Source of the DNA: Eledone cirrhosa
Taxonomy: Eukaryota
DNA length: 64,000 nt
NCBI GenBank assembly: GCA_964016885.1
Contig: OZ024743.1
Coordinates: 276,086,001-276,150,000, forward strand
Direction of reading: 5' to 3'
Of the stretch, positions 27,399 through 41,033 are shown in pieces. The notes below the pieces were generated by a model. It was not told the origin of the DNA. It saw only the letters and a list, made by a program, of their open reading frames with translations, and did no database searches. Position 1 is the first letter of the stretch, and every line of letters begins with the position of its first letter. The position numbers were made by a program, and so were the translations under genes.

Positions 27399-27400
<2 letters not shown>
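24229..27400 (-). mobile_element. RTE-clade LINE, 5'-truncated, with 3' UTR and (GAT)n tail
   Basis: APE motifs (SAYAPQ, GDLNGHVG, QVDYIL, QHRL) and RT motifs (NYRGIKL, FVDLEKAFDRV, GVHQGSVLSP, YADD), RLRWFGHV..GRPRKTW C-terminus, and an ATC-repeat tail on the + strand at ~24229-24240. Confidence 0.95.
24602..27340 (-). CDS. LINE ORF2: partial APE endonuclease + reverse transcriptase + PHD finger (912 aa)
   Basis: Uninterrupted ORF. Homology continues upstream as DVNTVNDRIIKI*LVLNRTT to 27400, with an in-frame TGA at 27362-27364, so this copy is probably non-functional. Confidence 0.9.
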   Translation of the reverse strand: MTVVSAYAPQSGLPGTIKDRFYETLMLTTSQITDSDYIIIAGDLNGHVGQHCDAYDEIHGVYGFGTRNEKGSRILEFCDANNLTICNTNFKKSDNHLITYRSGEHTSQVDYILTRRRDRVSVVNTKSLPHEECTSQHRLIISDLVVRTRRTRQQKRTILRRKIWKLKDPTARNIFQSILLDAFDSKEEHLESDNIEGLWDFLKANLLMATDEVCGWSRPVGRRRVTWWWNSKVEGSIKAKKQAWKVWREGGSREDYQVARREARRQVYFARREAEERKFKHVLQREDQKREVFRIARQCVKENRDIVGEKCVLNDDGVLAITDADKKVAWKCHYERLLNEENKWEKDSLPHIDPIEGPAVLVEGSKISKAIKDMKTGKAAGPSEIVAEMLKASGTVGHTMVTRIVNQVLQNGVVPKDWHSSIIVNCYKGKGDALDRSNYRGIKLIDQVMKVTEKVISQLIRERIDLDEMQFGFVSGKSTTDALFIVRQLQEKYLAKGKPLYLAFVDLEKAFDRVPRSIIWWALRKLGVDEWLVRAIQAMYKETVSKVRINNEYSEEFSVKVGVHQGSVLSPLLFIIALQAITEEFKTSCPWELLYADDLTLIAESMAELEKKFQTWKHGLESKGLKINLAKTKVLVCRKENKAAVPSGKWPCSVCRKGVGRNSVLCPKCKVWVHKRCIGITGKLTKNIDFTCGRCSGAISSSKCPQNTSSFNCAEGSIEIVDSFRYLGDKISSGGGCSESTVARVRTGWKKFRELIPLLAAKGFSLKMKDRLYDACIRTAMLHGSEAWALCAEDIRRLERNEACMLRWMCNSNIRERQSINELRKKLEIRGIRCCLLERRLRWFGHVMRMKVDSCITKCRAIKIGGSHGIGRPRKTWDELINSDLTHLHLSKTMSLDRDLWRYSVTEKTRHT

Positions 27401-27492
<92 letters not shown>

Positions 27493-27689
27493 TGACACAC
27501 ATACATATATACACACAGAAAGACATATAATCTTTTACATAGATATCTAAATAATAGAAGCTTTCCTAATTATCCCTTATATCAACTCATAGCCAAGTGA
27601 AATAACCCAGTAATTTTGTTTTGATTAACTAGTACAGCTTTAAGAGACATATTAAGCAAGCAGAATAAGCAGTGCCATGTTGAGCACCA

Positions 27690-27913
27690 AATATATATTA
27701 TATATATACATATACATATATATATACATATATACATATATATACATATATATATACATATATATACACATATATACATATATATACATATATATATACA
27801 TATATATACATATATACATATATACATATATATATATACACATATATATATATACACATATATATACATATATACATATATATACATATATACATATATA
27901 TACATATATATAC

Positions 27914-27960
<47 letters not shown>

Positions 27961-28162
27961 CATATATATACATATATATATATATATACATATATATACA
28001 TATATATATATATATACATATATATACATATATATATATACATATATATATACACATATATATACACATATATATATACACATATATATACATATATATA
28101 CATATATATATACACATATATATACACATATATATATACACATATATATACATATATATACA

Positions 28163-28196
<34 letters not shown>

Positions 28197-28713
28197 CATA
28201 TATATACATACATATATATACATATATATACATATATATACATATACATATATATACATATACATATATATACATATACATATATATACATATACATATA
28301 CATATACATATATATACATATATATACATATATATATATACACATATATATATATACACATATATATATATATACACATATATATATATACATATATATA
28401 TACACATATATATATATACATATATATATACACATATATATATATATACACATATATATATATATACACATATATATATACACATATATATATACACATA
28501 TATATATATATACACATATATATATATATACACATATATATACACATATATATACATATATATACATATATATATATATACACATATATATACACATATA
28601 TATACATATATATACATATATATACATATATATACATATATATACATATATATACATATATATACATATATATACATATATATACATATATACATATATA
28701 TACATATATACAT

Positions 28714-28748
<35 letters not shown>

Positions 28749-29331
28749 CATATATATACATATACATATATACATATATATACATATATATATATATATA
28801 CATATATATACATATATATACATATATATACATATATATACATATATATACATATATATATACATATATATACATATATATACATATATATATACATATA
28901 TATACATATATATACATATATATATACATATATATACATATATATACATATATATATACATATATATACATATATATACATATATATACATATATATACA
29001 TATATATACATATATATACATATATATACATATATATACATATATATACATATATATACATATATATACATATATACATATATATACATATACATATATA
29101 TACATATATACATATACATACATATATATATACATATACATATACATATATATACATATATATATACATATATATACATATATATACATATATATACATA
29201 TATATATATATATACATATATATACATATATATATATATACATATATATACATATATATATATATACATATATATACATATATATATATATACATATATA
29301 TACATATACATATATATATACATATATATAC

Positions 29332-29400
<69 letters not shown>

Positions 29401-29855
29401 CATATATATACATATATATATATATACATATATACATATATACATATATATATACATACATATATATACATATATACATATACATATATACATATATATA
29501 TATACATATATATATATACATATATATATATACATATATATATATACATATATATATACATATATATATACATATATATATACATATATATATATACATA
29601 TATATATACATATATATATATACATATATATATACATATATATATATACATATATATATACATATATATATATACATATATATATACATATATATATATA
29701 CATATATATATATACATATATATATATACATATATATATATACATATATATATATACATATATATATATACATATATATATATACATATATATATATACA
29801 TATATATATATACATATATATATATACATATATATATATACATATATATATATAC

Positions 29856-29886
<31 letters not shown>

Positions 29887-30180
29887 CATATATATATATA
29901 CATATATATATATACATATATATATATACATATATATATATACATATATATATACATATATATATACATATATATATACACATATATATATACACATATA
30001 TATATACACATATATATATACACATATATATATACATATATATATATACATATATATACATATATATATACATATATACATATATATATACATATATATA
30101 CACATATATATACACATATATATACATACATATATACATAAATATACACATATATATACATATATATATACATATATACA
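27690..30180. repeat. Giant (~2.5 kb) (TA)n/(TATATACA)n compound microsatellite
   Basis: Almost strictly alternating TA with CA interruptions; no G seen on the + strand. Confidence 0.97.
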
Positions 30181-30183
30181 CTA

Positions 30184-31670
30184 CAGTTTTCAAAAAGGGA
30201 AACAAATCCCTTGCCGTGAATTACCGTCCAATCTCACTCACCTCTCATATCATTAAGGTATTTGAGAGAGTGGTGAGATCGCGAATGACCCACTTCCTTG
30301 AGAGTAACAATATGCTGAACTCCAACCAGCATGGATTCCGTAATGGAAGGGATTGCCTGACGCAGCTACTGCATCACTTTGATGACATTTTGAGAGCCTT
30401 GGGAGAGGGTTCCAACACTGATGTTATCTACCTTGATTTCAGCAAGGCCTTTGACAGGGTTGATCATAACATTCTACTGAGAAAGCTGTCCAATATTGGT
30501 GTCACTGGAAAGCTGCTGCAGTGGATCAAGAGCTTCCTGTCAAACAGAACCCAACATGTTGTAGTTGAGGGAGTCAAATCAAGCTCAGCCAAAGTCAGTA
30601 GTGGGGTCCCACAAGGCACTGTGTTGGGCCCACTTCTCTTCATCATCTATAATAATGACATCACTGACATCATCAAACACAGCAACATTAAAATTTTCGC
30701 TGATGATTCCAAGCTCCAAAAGGTCATCAATGGCGTGGATGACCGGATAAGCCTTCAGTCAGACCTACTGGCTGTTACCCAATGGGCAGAAAAGAACAAC
30801 ATGTTACTGAACGAAGACAAATTCGAACTGATCCACTTTGGAAAAGAGGATGCTCTGAAACTCCCGTACTCCCTTCCCTCCGGGGAAACTCTCGTGGCAT
30901 CTAACAACATCAGAGACTTGGGAGTAACCGTGGACAGCAACATAAGCTGGACCACGCATATAAGCAGCAAAGTTGACATGGCCCGCAGAATGTGTTCCTG
31001 GATCCTCAGAACCTTCCAGTCGAGAGATTCCCGCACCATTATCCTTCTCTTCTCTACTTTTGCCCGACCACACCTTGAATACTGTTGTCCACTGTGGTCT
31101 CCCCACACGAAACAAAGTATCATGAAACTTGAAGCTCCTCAAAGGGCAATCACGAAAAAGATAGATGGCATGTCAGACCTTGACTACTGGGGTCGATTAG
31201 AAAACCTGAAACTTTACTCACTCCAACGTCGCCGTGAGCGTTATATTATCTGCATGATGTGGAAAATGTTCCATCATCACTGCCCAAATGATGTTGGCAT
31301 CGCCTTCAAGATACACCCAAGGCTTGGGCCCCGTGCTATCCGTCCCATTCAAAAATCTAAATCGCAACTCATAACAACAATACGGCACAATTATTTCACC
31401 TCAATCGGCCCTGCTCTCTTCAACATCACACCAGGACACGTCAAAACAGAAACTGACCACACAAAATTCAAGAAGTCTTTGGACAAATTCCTCCAAGTAA
31501 TCCCGGACAAACCACCCACACCCGGATATGTCTCCGCAAACAGTAATTCTCTTCTCGAATGGGCCATGGTGCCCAAATCCTGAATTGAAAGACTTCGCCA
31601 GGTGGTGCTATTAAGTTAGACATGGCCTGGGCCAATACTGGCCAAAACATTTCAAAGTTATTCAAAGTTA
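30184..31670 (+). mobile_element. CR1/L2-group LINE, 5'-truncated, inserted in microsatellite
   Basis: Begins [20 protein letters not shown]. Short 3' UTR with a GGCCA-ATAC-TGGCC hairpin and tandem tail TTCAAAGTTA x2 (31651-31670). Confidence 0.9.
30216..31583 (+). CDS. Reverse transcriptase domain and C-terminus of a CR1/L2-group ORF2 (uninterrupted, truncated)
   Basis: [57 protein letters not shown]. Confidence 0.9.
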   Translation: MNYRPISLTSHIIKVFERVVRSRMTHFLESNNMLNSNQHGFRNGRDCLTQLLHHFDDILRALGEGSNTDVIYLDFSKAFDRVDHNILLRKLSNIGVTGKLLQWIKSFLSNRTQHVVVEGVKSSSAKVSSGVPQGTVLGPLLFIIYNNDITDIIKHSNIKIFADDSKLQKVINGVDDRISLQSDLLAVTQWAEKNNMLLNEDKFELIHFGKEDALKLPYSLPSGETLVASNNIRDLGVTVDSNISWTTHISSKVDMARRMCSWILRTFQSRDSRTIILLFSTFARPHLEYCCPLWSPHTKQSIMKLEAPQRAITKKIDGMSDLDYWGRLENLKLYSLQRRRERYIICMMWKMFHHHCPNDVGIAFKIHPRLGPRAIRPIQKSKSQLITTIRHNYFTSIGPALFNITPGHVKTETDHTKFKKSLDKFLQVIPDKPPTPGYVSANSNSLLEWAMVPKS

Positions 31671-31767
31671 TATATATACATACATATATACATATATATA
31701 TATACATATATATATATACACATACATATATACATACATACATATACATACATATATACATACATAC

Positions 31768-31824
<57 letters not shown>

Positions 31825-31894
31825 CATACATACATACATACATATATATACATACATATACATACATACATACATACATATATATACATACATA

Positions 31895-31960
<66 letters not shown>

Positions 31961-31986
31961 CATACATACATACATACATACATACA

Positions 31987-32020
<34 letters not shown>

Positions 32021-32243
32021 CATACATACATACATATACATACATATATATATACATACATATATATATACATACATACATATATATATACATACATACA
32101 TACATATATATATACATACATACATATATACATACATACATACATATATACATACATACATACATACATATATACATACATACATACATACATATATACA
32201 TACATACATACATACATATATATACATACATACATACATATAC

Positions 32244-32336
<93 letters not shown>

Positions 32337-32343
32337 CATATAT
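31671..32343. repeat. (TACA)n/(TA)n microsatellite
   Basis: Seen directly. Confidence 0.97.
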
Positions 32344-32749
32344 AGTGTAATGGAATTAGCCTTAATGTTATATTACCTTACTAGAAAGATATAAGGTACA
32401 AACAGAAAATGATGATGCAGTTAACATCTGGGCATGTCTGTCTGTCTGTTGTATGCCACCACAACTGTATAGGTCAGCTGAGTTAATCAACTGGTTAAAA
32501 AGAAGCCATGGCAAATATACAAGACATTCAGTTATGGTTCAATGAATCTTTCGCAATAAGATGATTTGTTTGAAGACATTTATATTGAAGAGATAATCTA
32601 ACCTTTAAGATAGAGGCTGAGGATGAAGAAGTGAATTATTCCAAATGGAAAGAAAGGAAAAATGGTATAATAGAGTGGTTTTACCTCCTGTCTTAATATT
32701 GATGTATATGTACAATTTTGATGTCACACCATATTTTACATAACTAGAT

Positions 32750-33015
32750 CAGTAGTTCCTAAACTTATTTTGTCACGGAATCCTTAAGATTCCCCAAATA
32801 CTGCAGAACTCCTACCTATATTTTATGGACAAATCCCCACCTTTTTATTTTATGTAACAAGACATTAACTGAAACTAAAGTAGCTTTAGATGGGAAATTA
32901 ATTCATATAAAAATATATATATATTTTTTTATTAAATCTTAATAAGATTTAATTTATCTCACAGAACCACAAAATTTTTTTTTATTTTTAGCAGAGCCCA
33001 CTTTAGGAAACACTG
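32750..33015. mobile_element. hAT/Charlie-like MITE
   Basis: Imperfect TIRs CAGTAGTTCCTAAAC / CTTTAGGAAACACTG; left flank AACTAGAT resembles the Charlie target; TSD not conserved. Confidence 0.6.
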
Positions 33016-34555
33016 GCCTCCAGGCATGTGTATGATGGAATGAAAACTTACAATTTGAATACAAACACTTAAAGCACATTCTAAACAAAATGTCTTCACC
33101 ACCAAGAGCAACAAGGCTGTTTCTAATTTCTATTGAAGGAGAGAACCCATGATCATTTCCAGGACCTCTGAGGCTGGTGAGTGAGCAAGGGGGAGGTATC
33201 TTCAAACCAGAAATCTGGTCCAAATGCTTCTCACAAAATAAACTCTACAGAATGCATCCAAGAGCAATCTGGTGGTGTTAAATCAGGAAACAGATTTAAA
33301 ATTTAAACTTCACCACAAATGAGGTTTGAACTTAGAATGCAAAGAGCTGGAATAAATATCACAAGGCATTCATTTCCTCGAGAGCCCTAACAATTTACCC
33401 ACAAACCTTACCCCGGACTGGACTGGACAGGACTAATGCTTTATCTTAATGACCCTGAAAAGATGAAAGGCAAAGCTTACCATGGCAGAAGATGAACTTG
33501 GAACAGCAAGAGCCAGAGCCTCAAAGTATTTCCTATGTTTTGACAAATCTGCCAATTTGCTGCCAATGGGCTTAATTATTCTCTCATTGTACCATTTGCA
33601 GTGAGAGAGGGAAAGAGAAAAACAAACAACAAACTGCCTTTCATTGACAAACATCATACATGAAATATATCAACCATTCTCTTGAGAGTGTCTATCTTAC
33701 AGTGATAGTCATAAAAACATGGCTGTATTCATTCCATAAGCAGATGTAGTTACACCACTTCTTTTCCCATTCCAAGAAGGTAATAACAAAGATAAGAACA
33801 GCAGAAGACAATTTGTATAAATGTATAAATTTGTATAACTATCAAAGATTGGAATAATAGCGAAATATAATTCATAAACAGAGAAAACCGAAAAAAATGT
33901 CTGTTTAATATGCTGTAAAAAAACACAGCTATATTTCCAATGGACCTAAAATGATTTGTTTCTCGTAAATTCTAATATCTTATTGATCCCAGTACATGAA
34001 ATCCATCTAAAGTCAACTGCTTTTCATCCTTATAGGTTCAATAACATAAAGTTCCAGTCAAGTACTGGGGCATAATTATCATATCGTCACCATAATCATC
34101 ATCATCATTTAGTTGCCAAAAGGTAAAATTGTAGTAAAAAACTCACTGAAAAAGCTCAAGCCCTTGTTTCATTTGAAAGCCCGTTAATGCATAATTAACA
34201 TCACAGACAGGATGTTTTGTAGCAGTGTTTTACAATCAACATTATTACGTCAACCCTGTTGGTCACCGCTTATGAGATGCTAGGATATGGTGTACCTATT
34301 CTAAAAATAAAACAGGATAATACATTCACCAAATTCTGGAAAATGAAATAGCCCTAACGAGAGCCACTCTGAGCCTCCTTTCTAATCCAACAGCTATTTT
34401 CCCTCACTACTCAGTCCATCAGCAAAAACTCACCTCTTAGATAAGGCATAACATCTCTGAACAGGATTTGAACTCAGAATGTAAAATACTCTGAAGGATT
34501 TTGTCAAAAGTTCTAACAATTCTACTAATTCACAGCCTTGACTATCTCTATAATT

Positions 34556-34715
34556 AATTGTTTCTACTTTAATCACAAGGCCACCAGAAGAGGAAAGTTG
34601 ATTAAAGCGACACCAGTACTTACTGTTACTTTATCGACCTCAGACCGTAAAGGGCCATAACTATGATGCAAAGCATGGTGTCCAACGCTTTGTTCTACTG
34701 CCAATCCACCCCCAC
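34556..34715 (-). mobile_element. tRNA-derived SINE with 14-bp TSD
   Basis: TSD CTATCT(C/A)TATAATT at 34542-34555 and 34716-34729; internally deleted relative of 44735-44920. Confidence 0.75.
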
Positions 34716-36138
34716 CTATCTATATAATTTAATACCATGCTGTACTTCCTTTCCACCCAGTTGCCATGTCAGTCAGTCACCAGAAACTCAGCTCCTAGAT
34801 TGACATAGGCATTTTATCTCACTAAATCCCACTAATTTAACCTCCACCACACCTTGTAACACATATCAAACAATCAAAGCTCTCTATTATTATTCAATGC
34901 AGCCTCCCCCCCCCCCGCCACTTCAGAAAATTGCACTCCTTTTTTTCAACTCAATCACCAGACCATACATACCCCACCTTACACACTTACCCATTACACC
35001 TGTGTAAAAAAAAAAGTCAGGCTATATAAGCTTTTCATTCAACACATAAAAATTGTAGTCTTTATTCATTCAACCACTTTAAAGGGGTTGCTACAATTAC
35101 TGATGATACACATAATGATATCTTTTAATCTTTTTGACCTATCACATACACACACAAACACAGAGTAAACAAAATGAACTACAGAGACCTAATATGTATA
35201 GAGTACATGTTTTATTTATACTAATATATCTATATATTCCACCAACCCCTTTATGATAGAAAAAAAGAAAAAAAAGAAACCCAAATATACAAACATTATT
35301 TAGTCCCTGACAAGATAATAATAAATGAGTGTGGAAATTATTTATTGTAGCTAATTCAATTTCTCATAACCCTATAACACACGCACAATATATACACATA
35401 TATACATACATACATACATTCATACATACATATCATTTTCCCTGCTTGCAAGGGTTGAACTATAGACACACACACACCTACACACAATAAACATAATACA
35501 CACTCATACACAAACAGTGGCATAAAAAGTTATTAAACCTGTGAAATTAAGGTCATGGTGTCTCTTTCCCCCAGTAAAATTAGCCTGGAAAATGTAATGA
35601 ACAGCTTGTTAAGTGGACAAATACAATATTGATTGTCACACTACATTTAGTAGCAGCACTCACAGACATCAAAGAAATTATATAGAAAAGGTGAAAGTAG
35701 TCCAATAGATTCATCTATTTATTTTTATTAATTTTTGCATTTTTTTTTTTTTTTTTCTTTTTAACTTTCTCTATCTCTTATGGACAGATCAATACATTTG
35801 TGGTAGAAACTATTATTTTTAAAAACCGCAAATTGGCCGAGTCGTTAGGTAAAAATGGTAAAGGGCCCTTAATTCTTGGTGGAGTCGTGTGGGCGTCGTT
35901 CTGATGCATGATATATCGGATCTTCAGCATTTTGAATGTGGCAGAGCCCACCCACCTCTCACCAGGTCAAAACATTGACAATTTTTTCAAGATTATATAT
36001 ATACCATGAGTTAATCGGTATCAAAGCAATTGTCATATGCAACCTTCACTTCGTTCCTGCTTATTTGTATATAGCCGTCTTAACCCTACAGCATCGAGTT
36101 CTTTAACAGACAAACTTCCTGAAACTATAGTTACACAC

Positions 36139-36198
<60 letters not shown>

Positions 36199-36280
36199 TG
36201 TCCCAGGTTTAATCAGGGGTAACCACAGTAAGTAAGGTACTCAATACATAGCAGAGTATAAATATCTAATATTGAAATGG

Positions 36281-36326
36281 CTTCTACAGGATAGAACTGT
36301 TTCATTTGGGAGAAATCATCAGGAAG
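36281..36326 (-). ncRNA. Candidate type-I hammerhead ribozyme
   Basis: Minus strand: CTTC CTGATGA TTTCTCCCAAAT GAA ACAG TTCTATC CTGT A GAAG. Helix I CTTC/GAAG, intact core, helix III ACAG/CTGT, GUA cleavage triplet; helix II weak. Confidence 0.55.
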
Positions 36327-37177
36327 AGGTGATAGCAGAAGAATGACAGTACAGGACCAGAAAGGTATGGTTTACCTTGGTATGATTTTAACTCAGAGTT
36401 CAGTGAGTCAGAACAAATACCATGGCCTTTTTAAGCCAGCACTCATTAATTCATCAACTGGGGCCACATATCAGACTTAAGGTGCCAGAGACAGTAAGAG
36501 ATATTGAAATACATAGAACAACAAGGAACAATGGAGGGATTTACATTGAAGAAAAATAGGTGGGTTGTTCAACAACAACAACAACAACAATAATAATAAT
36601 AATAATAATAATAGTAAAAGAAATAAGAAGAAGTTAAAGATGAAGGACAAACAAGCTGCTATGAATTTGGCTCTTGCAATATTGAATTACAAACTGTATT
36701 TCAAGAAGATTGATTTTATTACAAGAAATCACCCCCCACACTTTTTTCATATCATCAGCAGTTATTGATTGGCTAATTTCAAGAAAATAAACAAACAAAA
36801 ATGAGCAATAAAACTAAATAAAAAAAGTTAATTTGGTGGTGTGGTTGTAGTGGAGGGAGCCCCTTCCCCCCCAGTAAGATGTTTCTTTGCTTTGCTTTTT
36901 TTTATGTGTGTGTGTATGGCTTTTTTGCTTTATGGGAGTGCAACTCAGCTCTAACTATCTTCAAATGTGTGTGTGGAGTGAGAGACATACATCTTGGGAG
37001 GAAAATGAAAAAAAATTTGCAATAGGGAACTACTGTTTTATCCATTGGCCTTGAAAAAAACAATTTCTGAAGCCTGCAGCCATTTCAACATGGGTTAAAG
37101 AGTGCCATGCCTAAGTGAACTGCCTATAGCTATGATGATACAATCAAATTTTTTTCTCTCTTTTCTCTTCTACTTTT

Positions 37178-37233
<56 letters not shown>

Positions 37234-37315
37234 ATTACACATATGTATCTTTCGCAAAAAAAACATCTCATTTTTCCTTCACCTACACACATTCCCCCTC
37301 ACACACACAGCCTCC

Positions 37316-37413
37316 AAAATGATGCCCGCTGGCTACAAACAGCAGTAAGTCTTGTGTTAGCCACTGAAAATAATGCCTGCTGGCTACAAACAGCAACGAG
37401 GAGTCTTGTGTTA
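37316..37413. repeat. ~50-bp imperfect tandem duplication
   Basis: AAAAT.ATGCC.GCTGGCTACAAACAGCA..AGTCTTGTGTTA occurs twice. Confidence 0.85.
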
Positions 37414-37635
37414 AAAAGAAGGAGCTTACACAGTTTGCGGCACACTAACATGGAAGCTAAACAGGAACCTTACAACAGCATTCTGAAATATAATTGGTCC
37501 AAACTTGCCAATAGCTCTTTCGCTGTCTCTCTCAAAAATTTGATTACCCTTCGGGCATTAAACTAATGCAGTACTAGGCAGAGTTATTCAAATAAATGGC
37601 CCTGTAATCTGGCAACCCATTAAAAATGTATGTAT

Positions 37636-37673
<38 letters not shown>

Positions 37674-40239
37674 CACGTCCCTTTCTCTCATATATATATA
37701 TATATACACACACACACATATACATACATATATATATTTAGTGTAATAGTAAAAGAGATAGAAGATAAAAAACAATATTAAAAATCATTTATATGGATAT
37801 ATTTTTTGAAGATGGGGCTGGAGAGGGGAAGTGGAGGATGGTACGGTGGTAGTGGTGGTGATGAAGGGAGGAGGCAGGTGTAGTGACAATCTTTACATTT
37901 AATTGGCAAACGAATGCATTTTTCCATCTTCAGTATATGGAAAGAAGGGGAAAAAATAACAACAACATCACTGAGATAACAATGGTTGCCGTTCAGGTAT
38001 ATGTTTATAACTAACATATTAGAGGAAAAATAACCAACAACATCATCAGACAATGTCTCAAGTTCAATGAATAAATTAAATTAAATTTCATGAGATTTCC
38101 CATCTGAATGTGTAAAAACACAATATTTTGTTTGTGGGTGCGGATACCTACACACACACATTCTATATACACATAAACACACACACATATAGCATTTTAG
38201 ATGCACGTTTCATAGATAGATAATTTAGTGAAAAATTAATTCAAATTTGTTCCAATACAGAAAAATTCTGAATTCCCACCCAACTCTAATATAAATAAAA
38301 TAGTATTTGATAATAAAAAGTGAAAAAATATATCTTTACAAAACCACGAAACAATGAAAAGGTGATGAAAATGAAAGGGAAAATGTGAATGGGCAATGAA
38401 AATATGATAAGAAATGTGAAAGGCAGATGAGAAAAATGTTAAGACACATACATGGTAACTTTCTTGAAGTGTGAGGCTTAAAATGATGATGATAATACCA
38501 GGTTTGATAAATTGATAATGATGTTGGCAAGAAGTAAAATATTGGAAAAGCTACTTGGGAAGAGAATAAATAAATAAATAACACAAGTAAACCATCAGCA
38601 ACTAGGTGTCAAAATACTCAATAATTATCAACCAATACTACTAATACTAAGAAAAAAAAAAGAAAAAAAAAAAGAAAAAAAAACGTGTGTATAGATGTAG
38701 TTTTGTATTGATTAGGTAAGTTATGTGTGTAAAAATGTAAAAATATGTCAGAGCACTGGATTAATGAAAGGAACATTTGAGCATTGGTTGGTTCTTTACA
38801 ATCTGAGTTCAAATACTGCTATGGTCAACTAACTTGGCCTTTCAACTTTTCGAGGTCATAAATAGAGTACCATTTAAAAACTGGAGATCGGATCAGATCT
38901 CTCTCTCTCTGGAAGAAGTTAATTGTGGTCAGATTTGGAGATTAATTAGTGCCAGCAGATTTAAATGTCCAAGACATGTCATGTATGTATTACTACAGCA
39001 TTCGTATGTTTTGGGCCCATAGGCAGATGGTTAGATGAAGGTGTATATAGATGCAAGGCTTATCTGTGTATGTGTATAGATGGATGTACTTATGTGTGTA
39101 GGGGTGTACAGATGAATGTACTTAAGTGTGTATGTATGTAGATAAATGTGTGTGCACAATTGTATCACAAAAAGAAAATTAGAAGAGAGAGCGAAGTAAT
39201 GGAAAAACAGATATAAGAGACAGAGGATTTTTTTATATTAAAAAATATCTTTTGTTGTTAAATCACATTTCCATTTTTCATTCTCTCTACCTATCTATTT
39301 TAAAAGTATTTTATTGGGGAAAAGACATGGTGGAAAGACAAGTCATTTCCTTTAAAAAAAAATCTGCTGTTTGAAAAAATACACAAATGAAAAAATAAAT
39401 TTATGATGATGATAATAATAATGGTTTCTACTTTAGGCACAAGGCCAGCAATTAGAAAGGAAAGGAGAAAATTGATATTGACACATAATATAAGAACGAC
39501 TAACCTGTTATGTTAATTAACTAAGGAGGGTGAAAGGAGGAGAAGGCTTGTTTTACTAACCACAATAACCCACAGATAGACGATGATGATGATGATGAAT
39601 AGCAATGGTGGCAATGATGATGATGCCAGTAGTAGTAGTAACTAAATGTGGATGCAGACAGGTTTTGTCTAATTGGTGTCAATAAGCAAAAATATTAAAA
39701 CAAACAAAATACAATAACCATTAAAACAATAGTATAAGCAATCAATCTTATGACAGGTAACAGCTTTTACCATTTTCCTGTCCTTCATTCTCCTTTTTTA
39801 TTCATTTTATTTACTTATTATTTTTTTATTTATATTCCATTTACTTATTTTTGTTTTGAGAGAAAACAAAACCAACAATAAACAAAGCAATTTCACAACC
39901 ATTGTTCCAAGCTGCCAACATTGGATGGAGAGGAAGAGGAGGATGGTGGTGGTGGTATGTTAGTTTCTTGTTTTGTTTTTTGTCCACCTCCAACCAGCCT
40001 CTCTTCTTTTCCCTTGCAAATTTAGATATTTGCATATGAGGTATTGGAGCAATTATTTTTACAGCTGAATACACTTTCATACCATTAACCACTCAACCAT
40101 GTAGTGGGGGTGGCATCTATCTTTTCAGCCTAGGCAAGACTAGGGAGGAGGAGGAGGAGAAAGAAGAAGCAAGAAGGAAAAGAAAACAGAAAAATCAGAA
40201 AAGCAAAGAAGAAAAAGACAATAACAAACAAAAGACAAT

Positions 40240-40306
40240 GACTGTAGTAGGGTTTGAACCCCTGACCTTGTGTTCAGTAGTCCAGCAGCTTAACCTTACA
40301 CCACTA
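40240..40306 (-). mobile_element. tRNA-like SINE head
   Basis: Reverse complement has A box TGGTGTAAGG and B box GGTTCAAACCC; no complete acceptor stem. Confidence 0.55.
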
Positions 40307-40646
40307 TATATTCACCATTGTTTGTTATTCTTCTCTAACAAAGGACTCCTCCCATTCAACTATAAAATGAGACTGGTATAGCAAGCAGCATAATATAATA
40401 AAGGTTTCTTCTTTTGCCAAGCAAGGCTCAGAGCTTAAGGCCCTTTCCTGTAAAATGAAGGGGGCTATAGTTGATCCACCAGTATCTTATTTTATTGCTT
40501 CCCAAACCATTATTGACCTCCAGCAAGATTTTGAATAAAAGTAAGAAGGGAGGGCGGTGGGGGGGATAGTAAAGTGTTAAAAGTAGATAGAGCATGTAAC
40601 ACCAAGCTGGTTGTAAACTCCCTTCCTCCTGAGCTTATATCTCTCC

Positions 40647-40695
<49 letters not shown>

Positions 40696-40697
40696 CT

Positions 40698-41033
40698 GAC
40701 TGACTCAGTGGTTAGAGCATTTGGGGTTGCAATCATGAGTTTGTGAGTTCAATTCCCAGACCAGGTGATGCATTGTGTCAATCAGCTAGCGAGACATTTT
40801 ATTTCAGTTGCTCCAGTTTACTCAGCTGTAGAAGTGAGTTGTGATGTCACTGGTGCCAAGCTGTACTGGCCTTTGCCTTTCCATTGGACAACATCAGTGT
40901 CATGGAGAGGGGACGGCAGTATGCATGGACGATTGCTGATCTTCCACTAATAGACTTGTGACTCGGAGGGAAACTTTCTAGGTGCAAATCCCATGGTGAT
41001 TCGTGACTGAAGGAGCTCTTTACCTTTTACCCT
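40698..41033 (+). mobile_element. Near full-length tRNA-derived SINE
   Basis: A box CAGTGGTTAGAGC, B box GTTCAATTCC (40747-40756), central TTGCTCCAGT..ACTCAGCTG core, and TTTACC-repeat tail. Confidence 0.8.

Noticed and set aside
27582-30256. 800+ aa YI/VC/HT ORFs (also at 4.2, 6.0-6.8, 14.1, 31.5-32.3 and 53.5 kb)
   Set aside because: Stop-free translations of dinucleotide microsatellites.
40240-40306. Functional tRNA gene
   Set aside because: A and B boxes are present, but the acceptor and anticodon stems do not pair; better explained as a SINE head.
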